A stretch of DNA of 64,000 bases, from contig CBDCTZ010000016.1 of assembly GCA_965222375.1 (NCBI GenBank), positions 2,880,001-2,944,000 on the forward strand, in the 5' to 3' direction. This DNA comes from Polyangiaceae bacterium. Its GTDB lineage: Bacteria; Myxococcota_A; Polyangia; Polyangiales; Polyangiaceae. The notes under the pieces were generated by a model. It did not search any database and was not told where the DNA came from. It was given only the letters and a program-made list of their open reading frames with translations. Shown here one piece after another: positions 28,571 through 37,929 of the stretch (positions are counted from its first letter, which is position 1; the number at the start of each line of letters is the position of its first letter). The translations under genes and the position numbers were made by a program.

Positions 28571-30963
28571 GAGAGCTGGACTACGTTGGTAAGAACCGAG
28601 TCCGCCCGGACGCCGCCGACAAGGCCGCGGGTCGCGCCTTCTACATCCACGATCTGGTTCGTCCGGGAATGCTCTACGGCAAGGTGAAGTTCGCCGAGCA
28701 GCCTCACGCGCGGATTCGACACATCGACGCGTCCCGGGCGGAGCGCCTGCCCGGCGTTCGTGCGGTCATCACTGCCCACAACACTCCAGAGCTGCGAATG
28801 GGCTTTTTGCGCGACAACTTCGTCCTCAAGAAGGACGTGGTGCGGCAGCACCGCGACGAAGTTGCGGCAGTCGCAGCCATCGACCCCGACATCGCCGCGG
28901 AAGCCATCGAGCTGATCAAAGTCGAGTACGAGCCGCTGCCCGCAGTGTTCACCCCAGAGGCTGCGCTGGCAGAAGGTGCGGTGCTCGTGCACGAGCGGGA
29001 TGCCACGGGCAAGCCGCGCACCGACAACGTACTTCCGGTGAGCGTGCACCACGAGTCGGGCGATCTGGCCGCGGCGGAGCGAGCGTCCAAGCACATCGCC
29101 GAGGGCGACTACTCCACGCCGCTGATTCAACAGAGCTGCATGGGTACATCGGGTTGCATCGCGGAATTGGACATCGCGGGCAACCTGACCATGTGGGCGA
29201 AGACCCAAATCCCGTTCTTGGCGCAGCGGGACTTCAACCGCGCCTTGGAGGCCATGGGTCTCAAAGACCGCAATGCTCGGGTCATCGTGCCCTGCCTAGG
29301 CGGGGGATTCGGAACGGGTCTGGATACCCACGCCTACGAGTTCATCGCGATATTGCTGGCGCACCGAAGTGGCCACCCAGTCAAGATCGTCTACACGCGG
29401 GAGGAAGAGTTTGCGAACCTCTCGCCCCGTCAATCTGCGCAGGTGCGCATCGTGCAGGGCTGCGACGCGGGTGGGAAGCTGACCTTTCGACGCCTCGAGG
29501 TGCTCCAAGACAACGGTGCATACACGTCCTGGGGAGCCACCTACCCCACGGTGATGCTGTTGCCAGCCACCTCTCTGTATCAGGTGAGCGCGGTGCATTT
29601 CGACGCCAAGCTCGTCTACACCAACAACACCTATTGCCAGGCAATGCGCGGCTACGGAAACCCGGAGGTGACCTGGCCCATCGAAAACACCCTGGATCAG
29701 CTGGCAGAAGCTGCCGGCATCGATCCCTTCGAGATGCGCATGCTCAACCGCAACATGCCAGGCGAAGTGACGCCAATGGGTCTGAAAGTAACGACCTGCG
29801 GCATGGGCGGGTGCCTCGAGGCCGCAGCCCGCAGTCTCGACTGGAAGAACAAGCGTGGCAAGCAGCGCAAGAAGAAGCGAGGGGTGGGCATGGCCTCGCT
29901 CGTTCATGTCGGCGGTTCCGGTCGCATCTACCGCGCCGACGGTGGCGGCGTGATCTTGAAGCTCGACGACTACGGCAATGTCAACGTGTCCTATGGCGGG
30001 GTCGAGATGGGGCAGGGCCTGCACTCCGCTTTGATCGTTACGGTCGCGGACGCTCTCGGCGTTCGACCCGAGAAGGTCATCATCAACCAGACAGATACCG
30101 CGACTTGCCCCTGGGATGTGGGTACGCACGCGAGTCGGGGTGCATTCATCGGATGCAACGCTGCGATCATGGCCGCCAAGAAGGTGAGAAAGAAGCTCTT
30201 CTCCCTGGCAGCGGAGGTGTTCCCTGCAGAGGTTGCGGCCAAGCTGGCCAAGCACCAGAAGAAGAACCCGGACTACCGCCCACCGAACTTCGACGTGGCC
30301 GCCGCGTGCCGAGCAGACGCCCTCGACCTACGCAACAGCGAAGTATTCCTGAAGGATGCGCCCGACGAGCCGTGGCTTCGAGTTGAACTCGGGCGCCTGC
30401 TGCGCGCGTTGCACTTCCGCGGTACTCGCGGTCAGTTGTTGATCGAGGAAGCCTACTACGAGCCCCCGAGCGAATTGCCTGATTGGGAGAAAGGCCACGG
30501 CAACATGTCCGCAACCTACGCCTACGGCGTGCAGGGTGCTGAGGTTGAAGTGGATGAGGACACGGGAGAAGTGACGATCTTGCGGATGGTGAGCGCCCAC
30601 GACGTTGGCAAAGTGCTCAATCCCCAGGCCCTGGCCGGTCAGGTATACGGCGGGCTGGCGCAGGGCATCGGCTATGCGCTCTACGAGCAGGTGCAGTGCG
30701 CCGAGGGTCGAGTGCTCAACCCGAGCTTCACCGACTACAAGATCCCAACGGTTGGCGAGATGTCCTTTCCCGTGGACCTCGAGTTCGTCGAAACGGACGA
30801 CCAAGCTGGGCCTTTCGGAGCCAAGGGCGTGGGTGAGCCCGGTTTGGTGCCGACAGCCCCGGCAATTGCCAACGCAATCTACGACGCGATCGGCGTACGC
30901 ATCGCCGACTTGCCGATGACGCGCGAGAAGATCGTCGCTGCATGTAAGGAGAAGCAGACATGA
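28567..30963 (+). CDS. Xanthine dehydrogenase family molybdopterin-binding subunit (IaaIJK-like hydroxylase)
   Basis: GGGFG, AMRGYGNPE, EMGQG, GTHASR, GGLAQGIGYALYE, GAKGVGEPG (catalytic Glu), AIANAI.DA.G. Confidence 0.93.
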   Translation: MRELDYVGKNRVRPDAADKAAGRAFYIHDLVRPGMLYGKVKFAEQPHARIRHIDASRAERLPGVRAVITAHNTPELRMGFLRDNFVLKKDVVRQHRDEVAAVAAIDPDIAAEAIELIKVEYEPLPAVFTPEAALAEGAVLVHERDATGKPRTDNVLPVSVHHESGDLAAAERASKHIAEGDYSTPLIQQSCMGTSGCIAELDIAGNLTMWAKTQIPFLAQRDFNRALEAMGLKDRNARVIVPCLGGGFGTGLDTHAYEFIAILLAHRSGHPVKIVYTREEEFANLSPRQSAQVRIVQGCDAGGKLTFRRLEVLQDNGAYTSWGATYPTVMLLPATSLYQVSAVHFDAKLVYTNNTYCQAMRGYGNPEVTWPIENTLDQLAEAAGIDPFEMRMLNRNMPGEVTPMGLKVTTCGMGGCLEAAARSLDWKNKRGKQRKKKRGVGMASLVHVGGSGRIYRADGGGVILKLDDYGNVNVSYGGVEMGQGLHSALIVTVADALGVRPEKVIINQTDTATCPWDVGTHASRGAFIGCNAAIMAAKKVRKKLFSLAAEVFPAEVAAKLAKHQKKNPDYRPPNFDVAAACRADALDLRNSEVFLKDAPDEPWLRVELGRLLRALHFRGTRGQLLIEEAYYEPPSELPDWEKGHGNMSATYAYGVQGAEVEVDEDTGEVTILRMVSAHDVGKVLNPQALAGQVYGGLAQGIGYALYEQVQCAEGRVLNPSFTDYKIPTVGEMSFPVDLEFVETDDQAGPFGAKGVGEPGLVPTAPAIANAIYDAIGVRIADLPMTREKIVAACKEKQT

Positions 30964-32150
30964 CTTTGAAAAACGCCTTTGTCCCCTACGGTGCCTACTA
31001 CTCCACGCCCTTCTGTCGCTGGCAGGGGAGCCTGGCTGGCTACCATTCGGTCGAGCTGGCTGCCGCGGTCCTGCGGGAGTGGCTCGCGGAGCGGGAGACC
31101 GACGCCAGCGTTTTTGACTCGGTCATCCTGGGCACCACGGTGCCACAGCGCAGCGCGTTCTACGGCGCGCCTTGGCTCGGAGGGCTGATTGGTGCACCCG
31201 GAGTCACCGGGCCGACGATTGCGCAGGCCTGCGCGACGTCGGCGCGCGTGATTGCCAATGCAGCCATGGAGGTCGAACTGGGCACCAAGACCTGCGCTCT
31301 GGGCGTGGCCTGTGACCGCACCAGCAATGGGCCGCACATGTACTATCCAGCTCCCGACGCTCCCGGGGGTCGCGGTCAGTCCGAAGACTGGGTGTGGGAC
31401 GCGTTCAACCGCGACCCTTTCGCCAAGAACGCGATGATCGAGACCGCAGAAACGGTCGCCAAAGCTGAAGGCATCAGTCGCGAGGAGCAAGATGAAATAA
31501 CCGCCCTGCGCTATTCTCAGTACACCGACGCCCTGGCTGAGGACCGTGCTTTCCAACGTCGTTACATGCGAGCGGTGACCGTCGGCAAGAAGCGAGATTC
31601 GCGACAAGTTGCGGCCGACGAGGGGGTTCACCCCACGACCGCCGAGAGCCTGGCTTCGCTCCGACCTGTGATGAAAGAGGGCTCCGTAACGTTTGGCACC
31701 CAGACGCATCCCGCCGACGGCAACGCAGCCATCGTCGTGTGCAACGAAGCGCGCGCGAAAGAGCTATCCAAAGATGCTAAAGTACGCATCCGCGTCGTCG
31801 GCTACGCGGAGGCCCGCACCGACGTGGGCATGATGCCCAAGGCCGTTGCACCCGCTGCGCGGGCCGCCCTTCAGCGCACCAACGTAGCGTTGGCGGATAT
31901 CAAGGCCATCAAGACTCACAACCCCTTTGCGGTGAACGACGTGCTGATGGCACGCGAGTTCGAACTTCCGGCAGAGCGGTTCAACCGCTTTGGCTCGCCC
32001 TTGGTGTACGGCCATCCGCAGGGCCCCACGGGCACTCGCTTGGTCATCGAGTTGATTGAAGAGTTAGTCGCGGCGGGTGGCGGCTACGGTCTTTTCAGCG
32101 GTTGCGCTGCTGGAGATACCGCGATGGCGCTTGTGATTTCGGTGGGGTGA
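30960..32150 (+). CDS. Thiolase family protein with atypical fingerprints (IaaA-like)
   Basis: QACATS, ISREEQD, L.SLRP, ADG, HNPF (in place of NEAF), GHPQGPTG, CAAG. Confidence 0.88.
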   Translation: MTLKNAFVPYGAYYSTPFCRWQGSLAGYHSVELAAAVLREWLAERETDASVFDSVILGTTVPQRSAFYGAPWLGGLIGAPGVTGPTIAQACATSARVIANAAMEVELGTKTCALGVACDRTSNGPHMYYPAPDAPGGRGQSEDWVWDAFNRDPFAKNAMIETAETVAKAEGISREEQDEITALRYSQYTDALAEDRAFQRRYMRAVTVGKKRDSRQVAADEGVHPTTAESLASLRPVMKEGSVTFGTQTHPADGNAAIVVCNEARAKELSKDAKVRIRVVGYAEARTDVGMMPKAVAPAARAALQRTNVALADIKAIKTHNPFAVNDVLMAREFELPAERFNRFGSPLVYGHPQGPTGTRLVIELIEELVAAGGGYGLFSGCAAGDTAMALVISVG

Positions 32151-32220
32151 TTTCTGGCAGGTAGTCAAAGACAACGCGCGCGGGGGGGTCTCCTCGCGTC
32201 CAACAGACGGAGAGAAGTAG

Positions 32221-33591
32221 ATGAGTGACACGGTCAAATATCAACTGGAAGAGTCGAAGCTGCCCAAGGCTTGGTACAACGTCGTTGCGGACTTGCCGCA
32301 GCCGCCGCCGCCACCGCTGCATCCTGGCACCGGCAAACCCTTGGGCCCCGACGACCTGGCACCCCTGTTTCCCATGGCGTTGATCCAGCAGGAGGTCAGC
32401 GCCGAGCGCGAGATCGAGATCCCCGAACCTGTCCGTGACATTTACCGCCAGTGGCGCCCGGCTCCCCTGTACCGCGCGCGCAGGTTGGAGCAGGCGTTGG
32501 ATACGCCGGCGAAGATTTACTACAAATACGAGGGCGTCAGCCCCACGGGAAGTCACAAGCCTAACACCGCAGTGGCACAGGCCTTCTACAACAAAGAGGC
32601 CGGCATCACGCGTATCTCGACGGAAACCGGCGCAGGTCAATGGGGGTCTTCGCTGGCCTTCGCTGGCGCTTTGTTCGGCGTCGAAATTCAGGTTTTCATG
32701 GTGCGCGTGAGTTTCGAACAGAAGCCCTATCGCAAAGCGCTGATGGAGGCATTCGGCGCTACCTGCATCGCCAGCCCGAGCACAGAGACAGATACCGGGC
32801 GCCAAATCCGCGAGCGGTTTCCCGATACGACCGGCAGCCTGGGCATTGCCATCAGTGAAGCCGTAGAAGTTGCCGCAAAGAATGACAACACCAAATACGC
32901 CCTAGGTAGCGTGCTCAATCACGTGCTCTTGCACCAGACGATTGTGGGTCTCGAGGCCATCGAGCAGATGCAGATGGCCGGCGACTATCCGGATGTTCTA
33001 GTAGGATGCACGGGTGGTGGGTCGAACTTCGCCGGGCTGGTATTCCCGTTCTTGGGTCAGCAGCTACGCGGTGGAAAGAAGATGCGCATCGTTGCCTGCG
33101 AACCGGCAGCGTGCCCGACGTTGACCCGTGGCAAGTATGCCTATGACTTTGGCGACACAGGGCAACTCACTCCTCTGGTGAAGATGCACACCTTGGGCTC
33201 GGGTTTCGTTCCCCCGGGCTTTCACGCGGGCGGCCTGCGCTATCACGGTATGGCACCGCTGGTGAGTCATATTCAGGAGCTGGGCTTGCTCGAGTCCCAA
33301 GCCTTCGTGCAGCAAGCATGCTTCGAAGCGGGCGTCACCTTTGCGCGTGCCGAGGGGATCTTGCCTGCGCCTGAGGCCACTCACGCCGTCAAGGGCGCCA
33401 TTGACGAGGCCTTGCGGTGCAAGAAGGAGGGCAAGTCGGAAGTCATTCTGTTCAATCTCTGCGGGCACGGGCATTTCGACATGACGGCCTACGACGCCTA
33501 CTTCAGCGGCAATCTCGAGGATCGCTCCTACGACTCGGCTCTGTTGGACAAGGCGCTTTCGGAGTTGCCGGCCATTCAAGCACCGGCCTGA
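32221..33591 (+). CDS. trpB: Tryptophan synthase beta chain type 2 (TrpB2, stand-alone)
   Basis: [69 protein letters not shown]. No trpA nearby. Confidence 0.93.
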   Translation: MSDTVKYQLEESKLPKAWYNVVADLPQPPPPPLHPGTGKPLGPDDLAPLFPMALIQQEVSAEREIEIPEPVRDIYRQWRPAPLYRARRLEQALDTPAKIYYKYEGVSPTGSHKPNTAVAQAFYNKEAGITRISTETGAGQWGSSLAFAGALFGVEIQVFMVRVSFEQKPYRKALMEAFGATCIASPSTETDTGRQIRERFPDTTGSLGIAISEAVEVAAKNDNTKYALGSVLNHVLLHQTIVGLEAIEQMQMAGDYPDVLVGCTGGGSNFAGLVFPFLGQQLRGGKKMRIVACEPAACPTLTRGKYAYDFGDTGQLTPLVKMHTLGSGFVPPGFHAGGLRYHGMAPLVSHIQELGLLESQAFVQQACFEAGVTFARAEGILPAPEATHAVKGAIDEALRCKKEGKSEVILFNLCGHGHFDMTAYDAYFSGNLEDRSYDSALLDKALSELPAIQAPA

Positions 33592-33730
33592 CCTCGGCGC
33601 GCTCGTGCCTGCAAAGTGAATGGCACCCCAATCTGGGTTGGGGTGCCAGGGGCGCTTCACCAAGCTGCCGAGGGTGCGCATCCCAGCTTCCAGCTGGGAG
33701 CTCACGGGCCGGCGGCTCGCGACTCGCCGC
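33592..33730. terminator. Multi-hairpin structured intergenic region between convergent genes (probable bidirectional terminator or REP-like element)
   Basis: TGGCACCCCAA-tctggg-TTGGGGTGCCA (33621-33648, perfect 11-bp stem), TCCCAGCT-tcc-AGCTGGGA (33681-33699), outer CCTCGGC/GCCGAGG (33592-33598/33667-33673). Confidence 0.55.
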
Positions 33731-33732
33731 TC

Positions 33733-34122
33733 TCAACGCGGTTGCAGTACGTGCTGCTTCGGTACCACGCATTTGAAGTTTCCCGAAAAGACCGTCTTTT
33801 CATCGAACTTCACTTCGACGTCGACGCTGGCGCGTTTGCCATCGCTTTCGCGCACCGTGGCATGGGCGTGCAGCTCGTCTCCCACTCGTGACGGAGCCAA
33901 GAACTTCACCTCAGCGCCGGCCAGGACGACCAGCGGATGATTGACCGCAAGCATCGCGGCATAGTCGGCGAGGCCGAATACGAACCCCCCATGCACCAAG
34001 CGTTGCTCGTCCGCAGCCATGGCGGCAGTTGTCTTCAGCTTCACGTGCGCGGAGCCTTCAGTCAGCTCGACAGGCTCACCACAGAGCGTCGCGTCGATGG
34101 CTAGGTGTGTGTTGAGGTTCAT
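33733..34122 (-). CDS. PaaI/hotdog-fold thioesterase
   Basis: LVHGGFVFGLADYAAM, VKFLAP...GD.L.A.A. Start at MNLNTH. Confidence 0.88.
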   Translation of the reverse strand: MNLNTHLAIDATLCGEPVELTEGSAHVKLKTTAAMAADEQRLVHGGFVFGLADYAAMLAVNHPLVVLAGAEVKFLAPSRVGDELHAHATVRESDGKRASVDVEVKFDEKTVFSGNFKCVVPKQHVLQPR

Positions 34123-34189
34123 GCGTGCATTGTCCCGGTAAGCCGCGGCTTTGCAATCAGATTCCACGGAGGCGGCGAGCTGCCTGCAC

Positions 34190-35380
34190 ATGTATGCTGC
34201 GGCCATGGCGGCCCCGGCCCGCAGCGCTTTCCTCCTAGACCCCGAGATCGTGTTTCTGAACCACGGTTCCTTTGGGGCGTGCCCCATTCCGGTGCTCGAA
34301 CGGCAGACCGAGTTGCGCAAGCGCATGGAGCGGGAGCCGGTGCGTTTCTACATGCGTGAGCTGCCTGTACTCCTCGACGCCGCCCGACAACGGGTTGCGC
34401 AGTTGGTTCGCGCCGATCCGGAGGACGTCGTCTTCGTGCGCAACGCTACGGTCGCGGTCAACTCCGTGTTGGCCAGCCTACGCCTCGAGCCCGGGGACGA
34501 GGTCGTGACGACGAACCACGCCTACCGAGCCTGCCACAACGCCTTGGAGCACCACGCGGACCGCGCTGGCGCACGGGTCGTCGTCGCTCACGTGCCGTTT
34601 CCCATCGAAGGACCCGAGGCGGTCAGAGACCGCGTGCTGGCTGCCCTCAGCGATCGCACTCGCTTGCTGATGATCGATCACGTCACCAGCCCGACCGCCG
34701 TCATATTCCCCGTCCAGGAGATCGTCAGTGCGGCGGAGGCTCGGGGTGTCGCCACGCTCGTAGATGGCGCCCATGCGCCCGGCATGCTGCCCCTCGACAT
34801 GGCAGCCATCGGGGCCAGTTATTACACAGGGAACTTTCACAAGTGGGTGTGTGCGCCCAAGGGCGCGGCGTTCTTGCATGCGCGTCGCAACCGCCACGCC
34901 GGGCTCCACCCAGCAGTGATCAGTCACGGTCTGTCATCCACGCGGCCGCGCTCCCGATATTGGGAGGAGTTTGACTGGTGCGGTACGGACGACTTCAGTC
35001 CCCCGCTGTGCGTGCCGGAGGCCTTGTCTTACCTGGAGTCGCAACCCGACGGGCTTGCAGGAGTGATGCAACGCAACCGACGCCTAGCTCTGGAGGCGCG
35101 TCGCATTCTGATGTCTGCGCTACAGCAACCATGTCCCGTGCCAGACGAAATGATCGGTTCCATGGCCACTCTGCCCCTCCCGGTCGCTGGGCCCGTGCTG
35201 GGTTCTGCCTTCGACGTGGACCCTCTGCAAACCGAACTGTTCCAGCAGTATCGGGTCGAAGTACCAATTTTCGCTTTCCCTGGCCCCGGTGCCCGGTGTC
35301 TTCGCATATCTGCCCAACTGTACAATCACGTGGACGAGTATCGAGTCCTCGCTCGCGCTTTGACGGAGCTCGTCTCCTGA
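34190..35380 (+). CDS. PLP-dependent class V enzyme (isopenicillin-N epimerase / C-S lyase-like)
   Basis: FLNHGSFGACP, NAT.AVN, DHVTSPT, VDGAHAPG, GNFHKWVCAPKG, RISAQLYN. Start approximate. Confidence 0.88.
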   Translation: MYAAAMAAPARSAFLLDPEIVFLNHGSFGACPIPVLERQTELRKRMEREPVRFYMRELPVLLDAARQRVAQLVRADPEDVVFVRNATVAVNSVLASLRLEPGDEVVTTNHAYRACHNALEHHADRAGARVVVAHVPFPIEGPEAVRDRVLAALSDRTRLLMIDHVTSPTAVIFPVQEIVSAAEARGVATLVDGAHAPGMLPLDMAAIGASYYTGNFHKWVCAPKGAAFLHARRNRHAGLHPAVISHGLSSTRPRSRYWEEFDWCGTDDFSPPLCVPEALSYLESQPDGLAGVMQRNRRLALEARRILMSALQQPCPVPDEMIGSMATLPLPVAGPVLGSAFDVDPLQTELFQQYRVEVPIFAFPGPGARCLRISAQLYNHVDEYRVLARALTELVS

Positions 35381-35420
35381 CCCCTTGATCGGCTGCTGCA
35401 TGCCACGCTATCGCAGGTTG

Positions 35421-36965
35421 ATGTTTCGTTTCGTGATTCTTGGGCTCTGCTGCATGCTGGTCGCCTGTGGCGGTGGCCCACGACCACCCGCCAGTCCCAG
35501 CGCCGGACCGGCTGCGAATACGCCGCCCGTAGCTGAGCCAGCGTCGAGCTCCCAGCCCGCAGTCACGGGCCCCTGGGGCGCGCCCCCGGCCTCCTGCGCC
35601 GAATCCATTGCTGACAAGACTGCGCCGGGTCCGTGTCCCGCTGGCAGCCCCCAGGACGCCCTGGCACGAGCGCTCCGTAAGAAGGGAGCAGCGTCCGACG
35701 CAGAACTATTCGCGTTAGAAGCGTGCACGGCCTTTCCCGTTGGCGCCGTTCGCGCGTTGCGCGCGGAGCGGCTGCCCGCCCAATGTCGCGACCTTCTGAC
35801 CGTCAACTACGCCGTGCCCAAAGGCACGCGTGCTGATCTTCGCGATGCTCTCATGGGCTTGGGCATATCTGCGCAATTGAGGCGGCTGGTTCAAAACCCG
35901 CCAACCTTGCCGCCTCCCCACGATCGCGCCCGCGTCGAGGCATTCGTCAAGGGGCAGCTAGCGAAGTGGATTCAGAGCCAGGCGAAAGCGGTATTCACAC
36001 TCTCGAGTCGGGGCGCGGCCTTGTCCGGTTACGCGAAGGGCATCGTTGCCGTGGAAGCCGGTATGGCGGACATGCGCTTCGTCGAGGCAGCGCGGTCGGC
36101 GCCCGTCCCCGAAGAGATCAAGGGAGACAGCGAACTCACGGAGGCCTATTACGCAACCCTCGACCAAGCCCTCGAGCCGAGAAAGACTCGTGGACGCGAT
36201 GCTGCCCTCGTTGGCCTGAAGCACTTGGCCCAGGTGGGGGTGCTGCGCGACGAGCGCGTTGTCATGGCTCGGTCCATGCTGAGCAAGTTGTACGCGGGGC
36301 GTCGCATTGATGCTCTGGATGCCTTGCTGCTGCCGACCCCGGAGCTAGAAGAAAGGGAGCAACCAACGAGCGAAGCCATCGCGGAGAAAGTTCCGAGCTT
36401 CTACGTTCCGTTCTTCGTACCGAAGCTCGATGCCACGGTCCCGTCCACTCTGACTGCTCTCGCTCGACGGGGCTTGCCCCGAATCGCGCGCCTGCAGTTG
36501 GTCAAACCGGCCGTGCCGAAAGAGGCCCGCGCGCTCTACGCTCGACTTCTATTCGACTTGGCGCGGACCTATTGGCGGGCAGAGGACTTCAAAGCGGCAG
36601 CGAAGGCGTCTGCTTCTCTCAAGGGCCCGGCGGTCGAGCTGATCGCGGCCCTGAGCCAGGTGCTTCAAAACGGTCCTAAAGACGCGGCCGACATGATGGT
36701 CCGCGGACCGCTGCTACCCAAGGGGCTCACCAAGGTCGGCCCCTTGGACCAACTTCAGAAACGTAGTCCGTCCCTTTCGGGGTTCGCTGCCTTTGACGCG
36801 GCGGTCCTGTTGGAGACAGCCCCACCCCCGGATGCCAAGGCAGCGTACTGGAAGGACATTGCCGCCCGCTACGCGGTCGCGGCAAAGAAGCTGCCTCCGG
36901 ACCTACGTAAACGCGCGGCTGAGCGCCGCAAAGCTGCCGAGGAAACTGCGCGGGCAGTGAAGTGA
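35421..36965 (+). CDS. Hypothetical lipoprotein
   Basis: Signal MFRFVILGLCCMLVAC, Pro-rich linker, helical body. Confidence 0.7.
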   Translation: MFRFVILGLCCMLVACGGGPRPPASPSAGPAANTPPVAEPASSSQPAVTGPWGAPPASCAESIADKTAPGPCPAGSPQDALARALRKKGAASDAELFALEACTAFPVGAVRALRAERLPAQCRDLLTVNYAVPKGTRADLRDALMGLGISAQLRRLVQNPPTLPPPHDRARVEAFVKGQLAKWIQSQAKAVFTLSSRGAALSGYAKGIVAVEAGMADMRFVEAARSAPVPEEIKGDSELTEAYYATLDQALEPRKTRGRDAALVGLKHLAQVGVLRDERVVMARSMLSKLYAGRRIDALDALLLPTPELEEREQPTSEAIAEKVPSFYVPFFVPKLDATVPSTLTALARRGLPRIARLQLVKPAVPKEARALYARLLFDLARTYWRAEDFKAAAKASASLKGPAVELIAALSQVLQNGPKDAADMMVRGPLLPKGLTKVGPLDQLQKRSPSLSGFAAFDAAVLLETAPPPDAKAAYWKDIAARYAVAAKKLPPDLRKRAAERRKAAEETARAVK

Positions 36966-36978
36966 TCGAGAGCGCCCG

Positions 36979-37929
36979 ATGACGCCTTCCCGCGAGATTC
37001 GCCGCCTTGGCCTGTGCCTCGGGCTACTTGCGCTGCCTGCGGCGTGTCAGCGACCGGCCAAGCCTCTATCCAGCGGACCTACGGCTGAGGAAGCCCCCGC
37101 GCAGCAGGAGTCCAAGCCCCCTGCATCGTCCCCGACGCCGACCCAGGCTGACGCTGCTTGGGGGGATGCCAAGCCTCACGCCGCGAAGGCACTCCCGCCC
37201 TGGCCTCCGACCCTGCCGCCCCGCGCCGAAACGGACTGGTGCATCGAATCCGTGTTCGCCCTGGACGAGGAGACCTGCCTGGTCATGCCTGAGCGGCGCT
37301 CCGAGCGCCTCCTGATCTACCTGCACGGCATCGTGCCCCCGACCAAAGAAAGCGTTCAGAAGACCAACTTCGAAAAGGTGGTCGCACGCGCGTCTCGTCG
37401 CGCCAACGTTGTGGCGCTGATTCCACGAGGAGAGCAGGGCTTCGCCCCAAAAGGCTATGCCGGCTGGTGGAGCTGGCCGACGTCCAGTTTCACCTTTCGC
37501 AAAAAGGGCGCGCCCTTCGTGGCGAAGCTGAAGGCCAAGCGCGAGAAGCTCGAAAAGCTGGTCGGCTACCGCTTCAAGAGTGCGTACGTCGCAGGCTCGT
37601 CGGCCGGCGCCTACTTTGTCGTCGCGCTGGCGCTTCATGGCGTCCTCGAAGTCGATGGCTTTGGTGCCATGTCCGGTGGCACGGGCTACGAGACCGAGGG
37701 CATGAAAGAGCTTTCACCGAAGCCGTTCTACATCGGCTTTGGAAAGCACGATTCCGTCGCTGGCTCCGCCCGAGACCTGGGTCGACGGATGGAGAAACTC
37801 GGTTGGCCCGTGTTGGTCCGCGCACATGCAACGGGGCACGGCGCGCGGGAAGTCTACCTAGACGAGGCCTTTCCGTTTTGGCTCAAGGGTCGAGCTCCGG
37901 GTAGTGCCGAAAAATCCCGTTCTGATTGA
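36979..37929 (+). CDS. Lipoprotein with alpha/beta-hydrolase (esterase-like) domain
   Basis: Lipobox LPAAC, YLHG, GSSAG nucleophile elbow, G.HD and C-terminal GHG. Confidence 0.7.
   Translation: MTPSREIRRLGLCLGLLALPAACQRPAKPLSSGPTAEEAPAQQESKPPASSPTPTQADAAWGDAKPHAAKALPPWPPTLPPRAETDWCIESVFALDEETCLVMPERRSERLLIYLHGIVPPTKESVQKTNFEKVVARASRRANVVALIPRGEQGFAPKGYAGWWSWPTSSFTFRKKGAPFVAKLKAKREKLEKLVGYRFKSAYVAGSSAGAYFVVALALHGVLEVDGFGAMSGGTGYETEGMKELSPKPFYIGFGKHDSVAGSARDLGRRMEKLGWPVLVRAHATGHGAREVYLDEAFPFWLKGRAPGSAEKSRSD

Noticed and set aside
27231..30963. 4-hydroxybenzoyl-CoA reductase or aerobic CO dehydrogenase identity for the Mo enzyme
   Set aside because: The FAD subunit (286 aa) lacks the Cys-rich [4Fe-4S] insertion of the reductase. 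The large subunit has AMRGYG, not the AYRCSFR loop of Mo-Cu CO dehydrogenase.
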